DNA from: Bacteroidetes bacterium UBA7692
Lineage (GTDB): Bacteria; Bacteroidota; Bacteroidia; Chitinophagales; LD1
Assembly: GCA_002482725.1 (NCBI GenBank)
Contig: DLGO01000030.1
Span: 2,373-64,481, forward strand
Length of the DNA stretch: 62,109 nt
Reading direction: 5' to 3'
The translations under genes and the position numbers were made by a program. The number at the start of each line of letters is the position of its first letter. Positions within the stretch are counted from its first letter, which is position 1. Below are positions 47,935 through 57,274 of this stretch, piece after piece. The notes under the pieces are model-generated. The model saw only the letters and a program-made list of their open reading frames with translations. It did not search any database and was not told where the DNA came from.

Positions 47935-49761
47935 ATGCTTAAAAAATTACTTTTTACCCTTGTGCTTGCCATATCCGTTTTTATGGCAGATGCGCAAATC
48001 GTTTACCATAATGCTGTAAAGGACAACAATGGCAATTTGATGCCCTGGTACAATCCAAATCATGGCTCTTCTTATGACCATTGCCTGGGATTGGTATGGA
48101 ACTTCTGGCAAAATATACCATTGTACAATGGTTATAAATCCTATTTGCTGGGCCATACATATAGCCCAAATGGCTCCAACAACCAGGTAGGTGGCGACCA
48201 GTTTGCCATGACCATTTCATCATGGGCGCTGTACTATGCCTACACCGGTGATACTAACCTGCTGAATGACATGATATATTCTACCGAATATTACCTGGCA
48301 GGGAGCATGTCCAAGCCTACCGATGCATGGCCAAATATTCCCTACCCTAGCAACTACACCAACAACAGCGCACCACAATACGATGGCGATTACTTATTGG
48401 GCAAAAACTATACGCAACCTGATAAGGCAGGCTCGCTAGGCGCCGAGTTGCTCACTTTATACAAAATAACCGGCAACGAAAAATATAAGGATGTTGCCAT
48501 TAAAATAGCCAACACCCTTGCTGCAAAAGTAGATACCGGCAGTGCTACACTTTCGCCCTACAGGTTTAAAGTAAATGCTGTGGATGGCACACCAGCGCCA
48601 AATGGAGTATCTAATCCACCGCTTGCTTTTTGTGGCAATCTGGCACCTACATTGCGCCTTTTCGAGGAGCTATCTGCGCGCAACTGGGGCAATACCGTAG
48701 CATACGACTCAGCCTATTCTACGCTCAAAAAGTGGATCATAAAGTATCCTTTGCAAAACGGCAACTGGGGCAATTTCTTCGAGAATATCGTTTTCATATC
48801 CAATGCTCAAACAAATGCCGTAACCATGGCGCAGTATATACTGGAGAGGCCGGATTGGGGCGCTACCTACAACCAGGACGGGCGCAAAATAATGGATGCC
48901 ACACTGGCACTATTGGGTAGCCATGCCTACGATACAGTAGGAACCACAGCCATATTCGAGCAAACTGCCGACCTAAAAGAAGGCGGTAGCCACACATCAC
49001 GCTTCGGGTCTATAGAGTTGCTGTATGCAGAGAACACAGGTGACACAAGCCGTGTAGAGCAAGCCATAAGGCAGCTGGACTGGGCCACCTACCTGGTAGA
49101 TTTTGACGGCAAGTGCAGGTTCTCCCCGCGCAACAACTCTATATGGTTTACAGACGGCTATGTAGACTTTGTGCGCCATTACATACGCGCTATGGGCTAC
49201 TACCCAAAAATAGCACCTGATAGTGCTAACCATTGCCTGCGTTCTACATCCGTTATCAAATCTATACAGTACCACCCTAAGGAAATTAATTACAGCACTT
49301 ATGATAGTGCAGCTACCGAAACATTCCGCCTTACATCTAAACCACTACAGGTGTTGGCCAACGGTGCTGCATTGAGCGAAGTAAGCAACCCTGGCAGCGA
49401 AGGCTACATCTGGGAGCCATATACACTTGGTGGTGTACTGAAAGTGAAGCACAGCAATGCAAAGAACGTAGATATCCTATGGTATCCTTCAGGTATTGCA
49501 GATGAGAGTAGCACCATGAACTTTGATGTATATCCTAATCCAACTGCAGATAAAGTTCGCCTACATTTTGCAGGTTCCGCCGGTGATGAATTTACTGTGT
49601 CCGTGATAGACATAACAGGCCGTACATTGATACAAGCAAAACTGAGCAATGGCAGCATATCGCATACCCTGGATGTATCGGGCCTTGCGTCAGGTAATTA
49701 TTTTGTACATTTAAGCAGCAATGGCAATTCTGCTACAAAGAGGCTTGGCATTAGCAGATAG
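47935..49761 (+). CDS. T9SS-secreted protein with putative (alpha/alpha)6 glycoside-hydrolase-like domain
   Basis: Signal peptide; helical repeats (LYYAYTGD.., LYKITGNEKYKD.A); C-terminal T9SS type A CTD (VYPNPT....IDITGR...LDVSGLASGNYFV...KRL). Confidence 0.75.
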   Translation: MLKKLLFTLVLAISVFMADAQIVYHNAVKDNNGNLMPWYNPNHGSSYDHCLGLVWNFWQNIPLYNGYKSYLLGHTYSPNGSNNQVGGDQFAMTISSWALYYAYTGDTNLLNDMIYSTEYYLAGSMSKPTDAWPNIPYPSNYTNNSAPQYDGDYLLGKNYTQPDKAGSLGAELLTLYKITGNEKYKDVAIKIANTLAAKVDTGSATLSPYRFKVNAVDGTPAPNGVSNPPLAFCGNLAPTLRLFEELSARNWGNTVAYDSAYSTLKKWIIKYPLQNGNWGNFFENIVFISNAQTNAVTMAQYILERPDWGATYNQDGRKIMDATLALLGSHAYDTVGTTAIFEQTADLKEGGSHTSRFGSIELLYAENTGDTSRVEQAIRQLDWATYLVDFDGKCRFSPRNNSIWFTDGYVDFVRHYIRAMGYYPKIAPDSANHCLRSTSVIKSIQYHPKEINYSTYDSAATETFRLTSKPLQVLANGAALSEVSNPGSEGYIWEPYTLGGVLKVKHSNAKNVDILWYPSGIADESSTMNFDVYPNPTADKVRLHFAGSAGDEFTVSVIDITGRTLIQAKLSNGSISHTLDVSGLASGNYFVHLSSNGNSATKRLGISR

Positions 49762-49793
49762 TTCATTGTTCCGTTTCCCAAAAAAACAGATGC

Positions 49794-50222
49794 ATGAAAG
49801 CAAAGTTATTGATACGCATCGCTGCAGTACTCATCCTGATACACATGCTCGGGCATGGTTTCGGGCATTTCACCTGGCAAAACACCGATAATCCTGTAAA
49901 GCAGGAGGTGATAAAACAGATGTTCAGCCATGAATTTCACTTTATGGGTACCATGCGCAGTATGGGCGATTACTACCGTGGCTATAGCCTCCTGCTGTTG
50001 CCGGTATATGCTATGTCTATTGTACTGCTTTGGCTTATCGCCAATGCATCCGATACGCAGCGCAGGCTTTCCCGCCAGTTGCTGTATCCCATCGCAGGGG
50101 CTTATCTGTTCTTTGGCGCTATAGAGCTTACTTACTTCTTCCCGTTTGCTGCGGCTATGAGCCTGGGAGCAGGATTATTGTGTGTTGGTGCTATACTGCT
50201 GCTCAACAAGTGGAACCATTAG
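49794..50222 (+). CDS. Small membrane protein (LIC_13387-like)
   Basis: 4 TMs; H.LGH, M....F..MG..RS..DYY.GYS, YFFPFAA. Confidence 0.65.
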   Translation: MKAKLLIRIAAVLILIHMLGHGFGHFTWQNTDNPVKQEVIKQMFSHEFHFMGTMRSMGDYYRGYSLLLLPVYAMSIVLLWLIANASDTQRRLSRQLLYPIAGAYLFFGAIELTYFFPFAAAMSLGAGLLCVGAILLLNKWNH

Positions 50223-50277
50223 TGCCGTGTTTGCAATAAGTTCCCGTAAGTTAACCGAAGCGGCTATTTTTGGGGAT

Positions 50278-51939
50278 ATGAAAAACATCGCTGTACCACA
50301 GTTTTCATTTGCCCGGTTTTTACTATGCGTGCTTACCTGCCTTTGCATCGAAACAATGCCTGCGCAGGAAAACAAAAAACCATTGCAGGGATTCGTAGAT
50401 ATGCATACGCACCCTATGTCGCAATGGGGTTTTGGCGAGCAGCTGTTTTTTGGTGGTGTAGATGGCAATCCTGCCGTGGCATTGGGTTCCTGCAACTGCA
50501 TGCACAATTTTGTAGCTGCACCCTTCGATGGTAGCTGCGCCAAACAAAACCTGTACCGCAACAAGATGGTAGACAACCTGGAGCCTCACAAAAAGACTGC
50601 AGGCTATCCCGACTTTGCAAATTGGCCCACCCACAAATCGCTGGTACACCAGCAGATGTGGGTAGACTGGATACGCCGTGCCTACGATGGAGGGCTACGG
50701 GGTATGGTGGCGCTGGCAGTAAATAACCACTGCCTGGCAGATGCCGCCGAAACCACAGGGCCAAACGACGACCTGCGCTCCATGAATACCCAGATAACCA
50801 AAATGAAAGAGTTTGTCGGGCGACACAAAGATTTCATGGAAGTAGCTTACTCTGCCGATGATTTCAAGCGGATAGTAGCCGCGAATAAACTTGCTGTGGT
50901 AATAGGTGTGGAGATGGATAACATCGGTAATTTTTACAACCCTGCGGATAAAAAAGGAGGTGCCTACAATCCAAATCCCGATGAAGCTGCGATAGCCGCA
51001 GAGATAGACAGGCTCTACAAGGCGGGTGTGCGCTACATTTTTCCTATCCACATAACCAACAATGTTTTTGGAGGTACTGCGCTTTATGAAAACGGATTTA
51101 ACGTAACCAATAAGTACAACACTGGTAACACATTTGTACCAGAAGCAGTGCGCACAGATACAAGCGGAATAGGCTTCGCATTAAAGTCGCCCTATGCGCC
51201 TATCAGCCCCAGAAAAGCGGATAACAACCTTGCCAATCTGGCTATGGCATTTACAGGCACCATAATACCCGGTAACATAATGCCGAACAAGCTGGAGAAC
51301 TACCCTGCCTACCAAGAACCTGATAGCGGGTACGGGCACCGCAACTCCCTGGGGCTAACCGATAAGGGCCGCTTTGCCGTGCAATATATGATGAAGAAAA
51401 AGATGCTGATAGATATAGACCATGCATCGGAAAAAGCGGCAAACGAAATATTGGAAATGGCCGTGGAGCTGAACTACCCCATCAACTCGGGGCACAACGG
51501 GCTGCGTGGACTAAACGGCACAGAGAATGGCCGCACAGTGCAACAATACCAGGCCATAATACAGACAGGAGGTATGATTGGTCTGGGGCATGGAAGCAAC
51601 GCCACTAATTTTGTACAAGCATTCAAAAAGGTATCGCAGATAACAGTAAACAGCAACGTATGCATAGGCACCGATGTGAATGGCTTTTTCCCATTGCCGG
51701 GGCCACCAAAGGGAGTTGAAATGATAGACAGTATAAGTCTGAAGCCCTGCCTGAAAGGCAATGGCATTGCATGGGATTTTAATAAGGAAGGATTTGCGCA
51801 CTATGGCCTATTCCCGGAGTATATCCGCAGTTGGGAGCGTGTAGGCATGTCGGCAGAAGAGAAACAGGCATTCCTGTCTACCGCGCAGAACTTTGCTGAT
51901 ATGTGGCGCTTGTGCGAAAGGTACAACGCTACAAAGTAA
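50278..51939 (+). CDS. Secreted membrane-dipeptidase (M19)/amidohydrolase-family protein
   Basis: FVDMHTH, HQQM...WI.RAY.GGLR.MV, LAVVIGVE.D, GVRYIFPIH..NN.FGG, GLTD.G, IDIDH.S, SGH, GTD.NG. Start ATG 50278. Confidence 0.85.
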   Translation: MKNIAVPQFSFARFLLCVLTCLCIETMPAQENKKPLQGFVDMHTHPMSQWGFGEQLFFGGVDGNPAVALGSCNCMHNFVAAPFDGSCAKQNLYRNKMVDNLEPHKKTAGYPDFANWPTHKSLVHQQMWVDWIRRAYDGGLRGMVALAVNNHCLADAAETTGPNDDLRSMNTQITKMKEFVGRHKDFMEVAYSADDFKRIVAANKLAVVIGVEMDNIGNFYNPADKKGGAYNPNPDEAAIAAEIDRLYKAGVRYIFPIHITNNVFGGTALYENGFNVTNKYNTGNTFVPEAVRTDTSGIGFALKSPYAPISPRKADNNLANLAMAFTGTIIPGNIMPNKLENYPAYQEPDSGYGHRNSLGLTDKGRFAVQYMMKKKMLIDIDHASEKAANEILEMAVELNYPINSGHNGLRGLNGTENGRTVQQYQAIIQTGGMIGLGHGSNATNFVQAFKKVSQITVNSNVCIGTDVNGFFPLPGPPKGVEMIDSISLKPCLKGNGIAWDFNKEGFAHYGLFPEYIRSWERVGMSAEEKQAFLSTAQNFADMWRLCERYNATK

Positions 51940-52621
51940 ACCTCAGGTAGTTGATGCTTTTGCCGATAGCCAGGAATTGCTTTTCGTAAAAGGTCTTTGT
52001 TTCCAGCTCCTGAAAGTCCAGCGGCTGCGCATAGATATCCTCGCGGTAGTATAGCATGTTCAGCTTATTTTCCTCCACTACCGTTTTGGTAAAGCGGAAC
52101 AAGTCGATAGCATCTGTCTTCAATTGAATGATACCACCTTCTTTCAATACTACTTTGTACTTATCCAGGAACCGCTTATGTGTTAGCCTGTGCTTTTCAT
52201 GAGAATCTTTAGGGAATGGGTCGGGGAAGGTGATCCATATCTCGTCTATTTCGCCCGGAGCAAAAAAGTGGATGATATTCTCGATCTTGATGCGAACAAA
52301 AGCCACATTGGTAAGGCCCTGCTCTGCAGCCTGCTTGGCACCTGTGTGCAGGCGCGGGCCCTTGATGTCGATACCGATAAAATTCCTGTCGGGGTATTTA
52401 GCTGCCAATGCTACGGTATAGTCACCTTTGCCACAGGCAAGCTCTACGGTTATCGGGTTGTCGTTCTTAAAAAAGTCCCTGCTCCATTTCCCCACGTAGT
52501 CTACCTGGTTATTGTCCTTATCCTGCAGCACAGGGTTCAGGAACTCATAACATTGGAACACATTCGAAAAGGTGTTCAGCTCTTTAATTTTCTTTTGCTT
52601 GTGCTTTCTTCCGGCAGCCAT
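51929..52621 (-). CDS. trmB: tRNA (guanine-N7)-methyltransferase
   Basis: ELACGKG.Y, NFIGIDIKG.R, WITFPDP, HRLT, KTD, T.YE. Confidence 0.95.
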   Translation of the reverse strand: MAAGRKHKQKKIKELNTFSNVFQCYEFLNPVLQDKDNNQVDYVGKWSRDFFKNDNPITVELACGKGDYTVALAAKYPDRNFIGIDIKGPRLHTGAKQAAEQGLTNVAFVRIKIENIIHFFAPGEIDEIWITFPDPFPKDSHEKHRLTHKRFLDKYKVVLKEGGIIQLKTDAIDLFRFTKTVVEENKLNMLYYREDIYAQPLDFQELETKTFYEKQFLAIGKSINYLRFTL

Positions 52622-52656
52622 TACAACTAATTTCTGATTTGAGTTATCATAAATAC

Positions 52657-52695
52657 AAAAGCCCTTCCAGATATCTTTCGACCATTTGGAAGGGC
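52657..52695 (-). terminator. Putative intrinsic terminator downstream of rpmF
   Basis: GCCCTTCCA...TGGAAGGGC stem followed by a T-run on the minus strand (AAAA at 52657-52660); long loop. Confidence 0.55.
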
Positions 52696-52805
52696 CCGAC
52701 TATTATGTCATTTGCCTGTATTCTTACAAAAAATTGCACCGTTTGTTAACTGCATGGCAATAAGATGCCGTGCCTTAACATAACCACTAAAGTGCTAACC
52801 GTGCT

Positions 52806-52994
52806 TTACTTCGCAGACTTGTCTACTAGTACCTTTCCGCGGTAGTACAATTTATCTTCGCTCCAATGTGCGCGGTGCAAAAGGTGCGCTTCGCCTGTTG
52901 TTTGGTCTACACCTGTAGTAGGGGCAACCGCTTTGTAGTGCGTTCTGCGCTTATCTCTTCTTGCTTTTGATATCCTATGCTTTGGATTTGGCAT
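52806..52994 (-). CDS. rpmF: 50S ribosomal protein bL32 (Cys-less form)
   Basis: [21 protein letters not shown]...GE.HL.HRA....YYRG; downstream of yceD. Confidence 0.96.
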   Translation of the reverse strand: MPNPKHRISKARRDKRRTHYKAVAPTTGVDQTTGEAHLLHRAHWSEDKLYYRGKVLVDKSAK

Positions 52995-53022
52995 GATTTC
53001 TAATTTTTAATTGTTTCTATTT

Positions 53023-53556
53023 CTAATTCTTAAACTTCTTTAATGCAGACCATCTCGGGTCGTTTCCTTTTTGCTCTTCGTTCGATGCTTCTACATCTCC
53101 CAGGTATTTAAGCACTTCTTTGTTGCAGCGCTCGTCCTGTCCGGGTTCTTTGCAAGGTATTTTACGAATAGGCAAGCTTAGCACTATATACTCGTAAATC
53201 AACTGGCTTACATCTATGTGCGACTCATCCCTGCTTATGTATATCACTTCGTCGTCCTCCGGCAGTTTATCCGGGTCTTCTACAAATTTCACATAGCAGG
53301 TATAATCTGCAAATATCTCTTTTTCATAAGGGGCCAGGCAGCGATCGCATTCAACCATTACCTTTCCATCTATAAAAAAGTTCAAAACAAAGAGCGCTTC
53401 CTTTTTATCGAACTCAAGCTTAACTTTAACATCACACTTACTTATGGGTGAATCCTCAAATAAGCTGAAAAACTTATCATTGATTTCAAATTCATAAGTG
53501 TGAATACCTACTTTAAGACCCACATAGGGAATATTGTACTCCCGCAAGGCTTTCAC
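53023..53556 (-). CDS. yceD: DUF177/YceD family protein
   Basis: CDRCL, IYEYI.LSLP, DPRW.ALK; upstream of rpmF. Confidence 0.92.
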   Translation of the reverse strand: MKALREYNIPYVGLKVGIHTYEFEINDKFFSLFEDSPISKCDVKVKLEFDKKEALFVLNFFIDGKVMVECDRCLAPYEKEIFADYTCYVKFVEDPDKLPEDDEVIYISRDESHIDVSQLIYEYIVLSLPIRKIPCKEPGQDERCNKEVLKYLGDVEASNEEQKGNDPRWSALKKFKN

Positions 53557-53639
53557 TACTTCGATTGTTTAAAGTGTTCGCGCCTGTGTGTCAATATATT
53601 ATCTACACTGTATCCACAGGCGTTCCAAAAAAAGGACTG

Positions 53640-53670
53640 CAAATATAAGAACACTAGCCGAAATATCAAA
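53640..53670 (-). promoter_or_regulatory. Bacteroidota sigma-A promoter for yceD-rpmF
   Basis: Minus strand TTTG (53670-53667), 19-nt spacer, TATATTTG (53647-53640): full -33/-7 consensus. Confidence 0.8.
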
Positions 53671-53760
53671 TAGTTGCCTCAGATATTGGAGGGCGGCCAA
53701 ATATGGAGCTATTTCATTTTAACAAACATCTTCTTAACTTCACGCTAAGAACAGACAAAA

Positions 53761-54120
53761 ATGGCAACCGAGAAATTGTACCGCACCTTTTGGGAATTTT
53801 ACCCTTACTACCTTACCGAGCATGCCCGCCCTATCAACCGCGTGCTGCACTTTATAGGCACTTCGCTGGTTATCGGCTGTTTCATTGGTGGTATAGTCCT
53901 GCAAAAAGGATGGCTGTTTTTCGTATTACCATTCTGCGGATATGGTTTTGCATGGGTAGGCCACTTCATACTGGAAAAGAACAGGCCGGCCACCTTTATA
54001 TACCCGTTATATAGTCTTGGTTCAGACTTTGTAATGTTCTTCCACATCATTACCGGGCAAATAAGCCGTAAGGTAGATGAAGCACACGCTACCCTGGGTA
54101 TCGTGAATAAATGGAAGTAA
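53761..54120 (+). CDS. DUF962 (Mpo1-like) membrane protein
   Basis: F.EFYPYYL.EH....NR.LHFIGT, GYGFAWVGHF..EKNRPATF.YP.YSL..DF.M. Confidence 0.92.
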   Translation: MATEKLYRTFWEFYPYYLTEHARPINRVLHFIGTSLVIGCFIGGIVLQKGWLFFVLPFCGYGFAWVGHFILEKNRPATFIYPLYSLGSDFVMFFHIITGQISRKVDEAHATLGIVNKWK

Positions 54121-54169
54121 AGCCCGGCTCCTACGTAACCTTAACCCATCCAATCGCGTACTAATATGT

Positions 54170-54598
54170 ATGCGACCAAGAACTCATCTCTACCTGCTGC
54201 TAACAGCAGCTGCTTGCAGCTTATACCTGCTGAACTCCTTTACCATAGTGCCGGGAGATAAAAAAGGACATGCAAAAGTGCGCGAATCATCGTCCCGCTT
54301 TGGTTTCAAGAAAATAGAAGTTCAACGAATAAGCCGGGACGAGCTATGCGTTAAATACTCATTAAAGAGCCTGCAGGCAGGTGCGCCTACCCCAAAGGCA
54401 GATAAGATAGAAGTAACCGTACTGGATGAGAGCGGCAAAATGATAGGCCACAGCCTGGGCAAAAGAGTATTGCTGGATAATGCATTGATAAGCGCGGACA
54501 ATGCTTACACCATAGAAATAAAGGTGATAATAGGCAAAGAGGTAGTATATTATACAGAAGAACTGGCTGTTTCTGCCGAAACATTATCGCAGAAATAG
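54170..54598 (+). CDS. Hypothetical secreted protein
   Basis: 142-aa ORF with hydrophobic N-terminus and beta-rich body; fills the gap between neighbours. Confidence 0.55.
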   Translation: MRPRTHLYLLLTAAACSLYLLNSFTIVPGDKKGHAKVRESSSRFGFKKIEVQRISRDELCVKYSLKSLQAGAPTPKADKIEVTVLDESGKMIGHSLGKRVLLDNALISADNAYTIEIKVIIGKEVVYYTEELAVSAETLSQK

Positions 54599-54602
54599 CA
54601 GT

Positions 54603-56327
54603 TTACTTATCCAACCAAACTTCGCGGAACACTCTGTACTCCATACCATTGGCAGGAAAATTCTTTACATAGGGCTGCACCAACCTGCGGTTGATATTGT
54701 AGTAGATAGGCAGCATGACCGCATCATCTATAGCCATCTGGTCCAATTGCTGATACAGCTTGTTGCGCTTATCGAAATCGGTAGTGGACAAAGCCTGCTC
54801 AAACAATTTATCATAAGCTGCATTCTTGTAACGATAGGCATTCAGGTAAGCTTTCTCTGTAATAGAAGCCGGCACATGCTTGCCATAGCACAGGTTCAGG
54901 AAGTTTTCCGGATCCGGGTAGTCTGCCTGCCATCCCGCACGCCAAAAGCTTACCTTGCCTGTTTCGTAATTCTCTAGGTGTTGAGCAAAAGGTAGCTGTG
55001 TTATTACTACATCTATATTCAGGTTCTCTTTCAGCATAGCAGTTATAGCTTCTGCCAGCTTTTCATTGCGGCCACCACCGCTGTTTATCTGTAGGGTTGT
55101 CTTAGGGAAACCCCTGCCATCTGCAAATCCTGCCAGTTTCAGCTCTTCCCTTGCTTTTACCACATCAAAGTTAAAGCCCTTAACCGCAGCATTGTCGAAG
55201 CCTGCCATGCCCAGTGGCACTATGCCGTTGAATGCAGGTACACCTTCGCCTTTTACAGTATAGTCAACAATTTTGGCGCGGTCTATAGCATAGCAGAAAG
55301 CCCTGCGTACATGCGCATTGCCAAATATTTTATCGGTATGCAGAAAGCCATAGTACTGTAGCGAAAACTCCGTTACTTTTTGCAATTCAAACTTCTTGTA
55401 TTCGCCAATCAGGTTGCCGCTGTTGTCCAGTATTTCCGTAATAGCATCCAAAGGCAGGCGGTACTTCATTTCCAGGTTCTGCTTGCGGAACTCCAGCATT
55501 TCTATTTTCTCTTCCTTTATAAAGCTGAACTTGATACCATCCAGATAGGGAAGTTGGTTGCCGAACTCATCGTAGCCCCAGTATTTCTCGTTCCTGTTCA
55601 GGTAAACGCCTTCATCCTGCAACACTTTCTTTACGACAAAAGGTCCTGTGCCTACGCATTTATCGCGCATTTGCTCACCGTATTTATCGAATGCCTCTTG
55701 TGGAAATACGCTGCAGAAAGGCATTGCCAACCTGTATAGCAAGGCTGCAAAAGGTTTCTCCAGTTTGATTTCCAATGTGGTATCGTTCAGCGCCTTTACG
55801 CCAAACTCCTGCTCATCGGCAGCTTTCATTTTCTTTTCGTGCATTTTGAAAATAGTGGCCGCATTTTCTACCACTCCATCAAACAGCCAGAAGCCCTGGT
55901 TGCTGCTACTGGGCTTGCATAGCAAGCGGTAGCAGTATACAAAATCCTGTGCCTTTACCTCGCGGCCCTTGCCACCCGCAAAGCATGCATCATCGTGGTA
56001 GTACACCCCTTTGCGCAGGGTAAATGTAAAGCGGGTAGCGCTATCGTTTACCGTCCAGCTCTTTGCTATCAATGGTTCTATGCTCAGGTCCTGTTGGTTC
56101 AGCTTTACCAAGCCCTCATATATCTGATTGGTAATACGGTGGCCTACCACCTCTGTGATATTTTGAGGATACAGCGAACGGAAATATTCTGTTTCGTTTT
56201 CACGGAATACTCCACCGTATTTTACACCACCTTTAGCATCCCTTTTTACCGCAGCTTTTTTTGCAGCTCCATCGCCGCAAGAACTTAGCAATACCAATAC
56301 AGCCAAAAATGCGTATACCTTATTCAT
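54603..56327 (-). CDS. ABC transporter substrate-binding lipoprotein, family 5 (OppA-like)
   Basis: Lipobox LSSC; IYEGLV, P.IAKSW, FTLR.GV..HD, VGTGPF, VRRA..YAIDR, W.ADYPDP.NFL. Confidence 0.92.
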   Translation of the reverse strand: MNKVYAFLAVLVLLSSCGDGAAKKAAVKRDAKGGVKYGGVFRENETEYFRSLYPQNITEVVGHRITNQIYEGLVKLNQQDLSIEPLIAKSWTVNDSATRFTFTLRKGVYYHDDACFAGGKGREVKAQDFVYCYRLLCKPSSSNQGFWLFDGVVENAATIFKMHEKKMKAADEQEFGVKALNDTTLEIKLEKPFAALLYRLAMPFCSVFPQEAFDKYGEQMRDKCVGTGPFVVKKVLQDEGVYLNRNEKYWGYDEFGNQLPYLDGIKFSFIKEEKIEMLEFRKQNLEMKYRLPLDAITEILDNSGNLIGEYKKFELQKVTEFSLQYYGFLHTDKIFGNAHVRRAFCYAIDRAKIVDYTVKGEGVPAFNGIVPLGMAGFDNAAVKGFNFDVVKAREELKLAGFADGRGFPKTTLQINSGGGRNEKLAEAITAMLKENLNIDVVITQLPFAQHLENYETGKVSFWRAGWQADYPDPENFLNLCYGKHVPASITEKAYLNAYRYKNAAYDKLFEQALSTTDFDKRNKLYQQLDQMAIDDAVMLPIYYNINRRLVQPYVKNFPANGMEYRVFREVWLDK

Positions 56328-56350
56328 CTTTATTTTCTTTATCTGGTTAT

Positions 56351-57127
56351 TTACAATTTTATCTTACAATACACCGGGCAATGATCGCTGTGCACTGCAT
56401 CCTGAAAAATCTGTGACTCCAATAAGTCCTCTTTCAGGTTATCGGTAACAGCTATATAATCTATGCGCCAGCCCTTATTGTTCTTGCGTGCGCCTGCGCG
56501 GTAGCTCCACCAGCTATACTGCTCTTTTGCCTCCGGGTGAAAGTGGCGGAAGCTATCTACAAAGCCTGTGGTAAAGTAGAGGTCCATCCAGGCGCGTTCT
56601 TCAGGCTTGAAGCCGCTCGTATCTTTATTGCGGATAGGGTCGTGTATGTCGATATGGGTATGGCATATATTATAGTCGCCACATACAATCAGCTTTTTTC
56701 GGGTTTCTTTCAGGTCCAGCAGGTATTTGTGGTAGGCATCCAGAAACTGCATCTTAACCCCCTGGCGCTCATCGCCGGTGGTGCCGCTCGGGAAGTAAGC
56801 ACACAATATGCTCAGGTCGCCGATATCGATGCGCAGGTTGCGCCCCTCGAAGTCGTATTCAGGTATACCACAACCAAGCACTACCTGATCGGGCTGTATT
56901 TTGGTAAATATGGCAACACCGCTATACCCTTTCTTTTGGGCAGAAAAGGTATGACACTGGTAGCCAAGGGCAGTAAACGGAGACGGATCGAAGTCTTCCT
57001 TGCTCACTTTAATCTCCTGCAGGCATACCACATCGGCATTCATGGCCTGCAACCAAGTGCTCAGGCCCTTGCTTTCTGCAGACCGTATCCCATTTACATT
57101 GTACGAAACAATTTTCAGTTCTCCCAT
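56351..57127 (-). CDS. xth: Exodeoxyribonuclease III
   Basis: SYNVNGIRS, LQEIK, KKGYSGVA, EGR, YFPSG, GDYNI.H, WWSYR, GWRIDY, SDHCP. Confidence 0.96.
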   Translation of the reverse strand: MGELKIVSYNVNGIRSAESKGLSTWLQAMNADVVCLQEIKVSKEDFDPSPFTALGYQCHTFSAQKKGYSGVAIFTKIQPDQVVLGCGIPEYDFEGRNLRIDIGDLSILCAYFPSGTTGDERQGVKMQFLDAYHKYLLDLKETRKKLIVCGDYNICHTHIDIHDPIRNKDTSGFKPEERAWMDLYFTTGFVDSFRHFHPEAKEQYSWWSYRAGARKNNKGWRIDYIAVTDNLKEDLLESQIFQDAVHSDHCPVYCKIKL

Positions 57128-57274
57128 GTTATACTCCGTTAACTCTTTATAGTAGCATGAATCAAAACAGCTTCACGATGCGAAGACACGATATTTTTTT
57201 GAAAATCTTATTTTCTGTTGTCCCCGTATGTTTAGTTTGTACACACCGATACATAAATATACTTTCGCACCCCA

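Noticed and set aside
54603-56327. OppA-like binding protein without adjacent permease/ATPase genes
   Set aside because: Dispersed ABC components are common in Bacteroidota; not unusual by itself.
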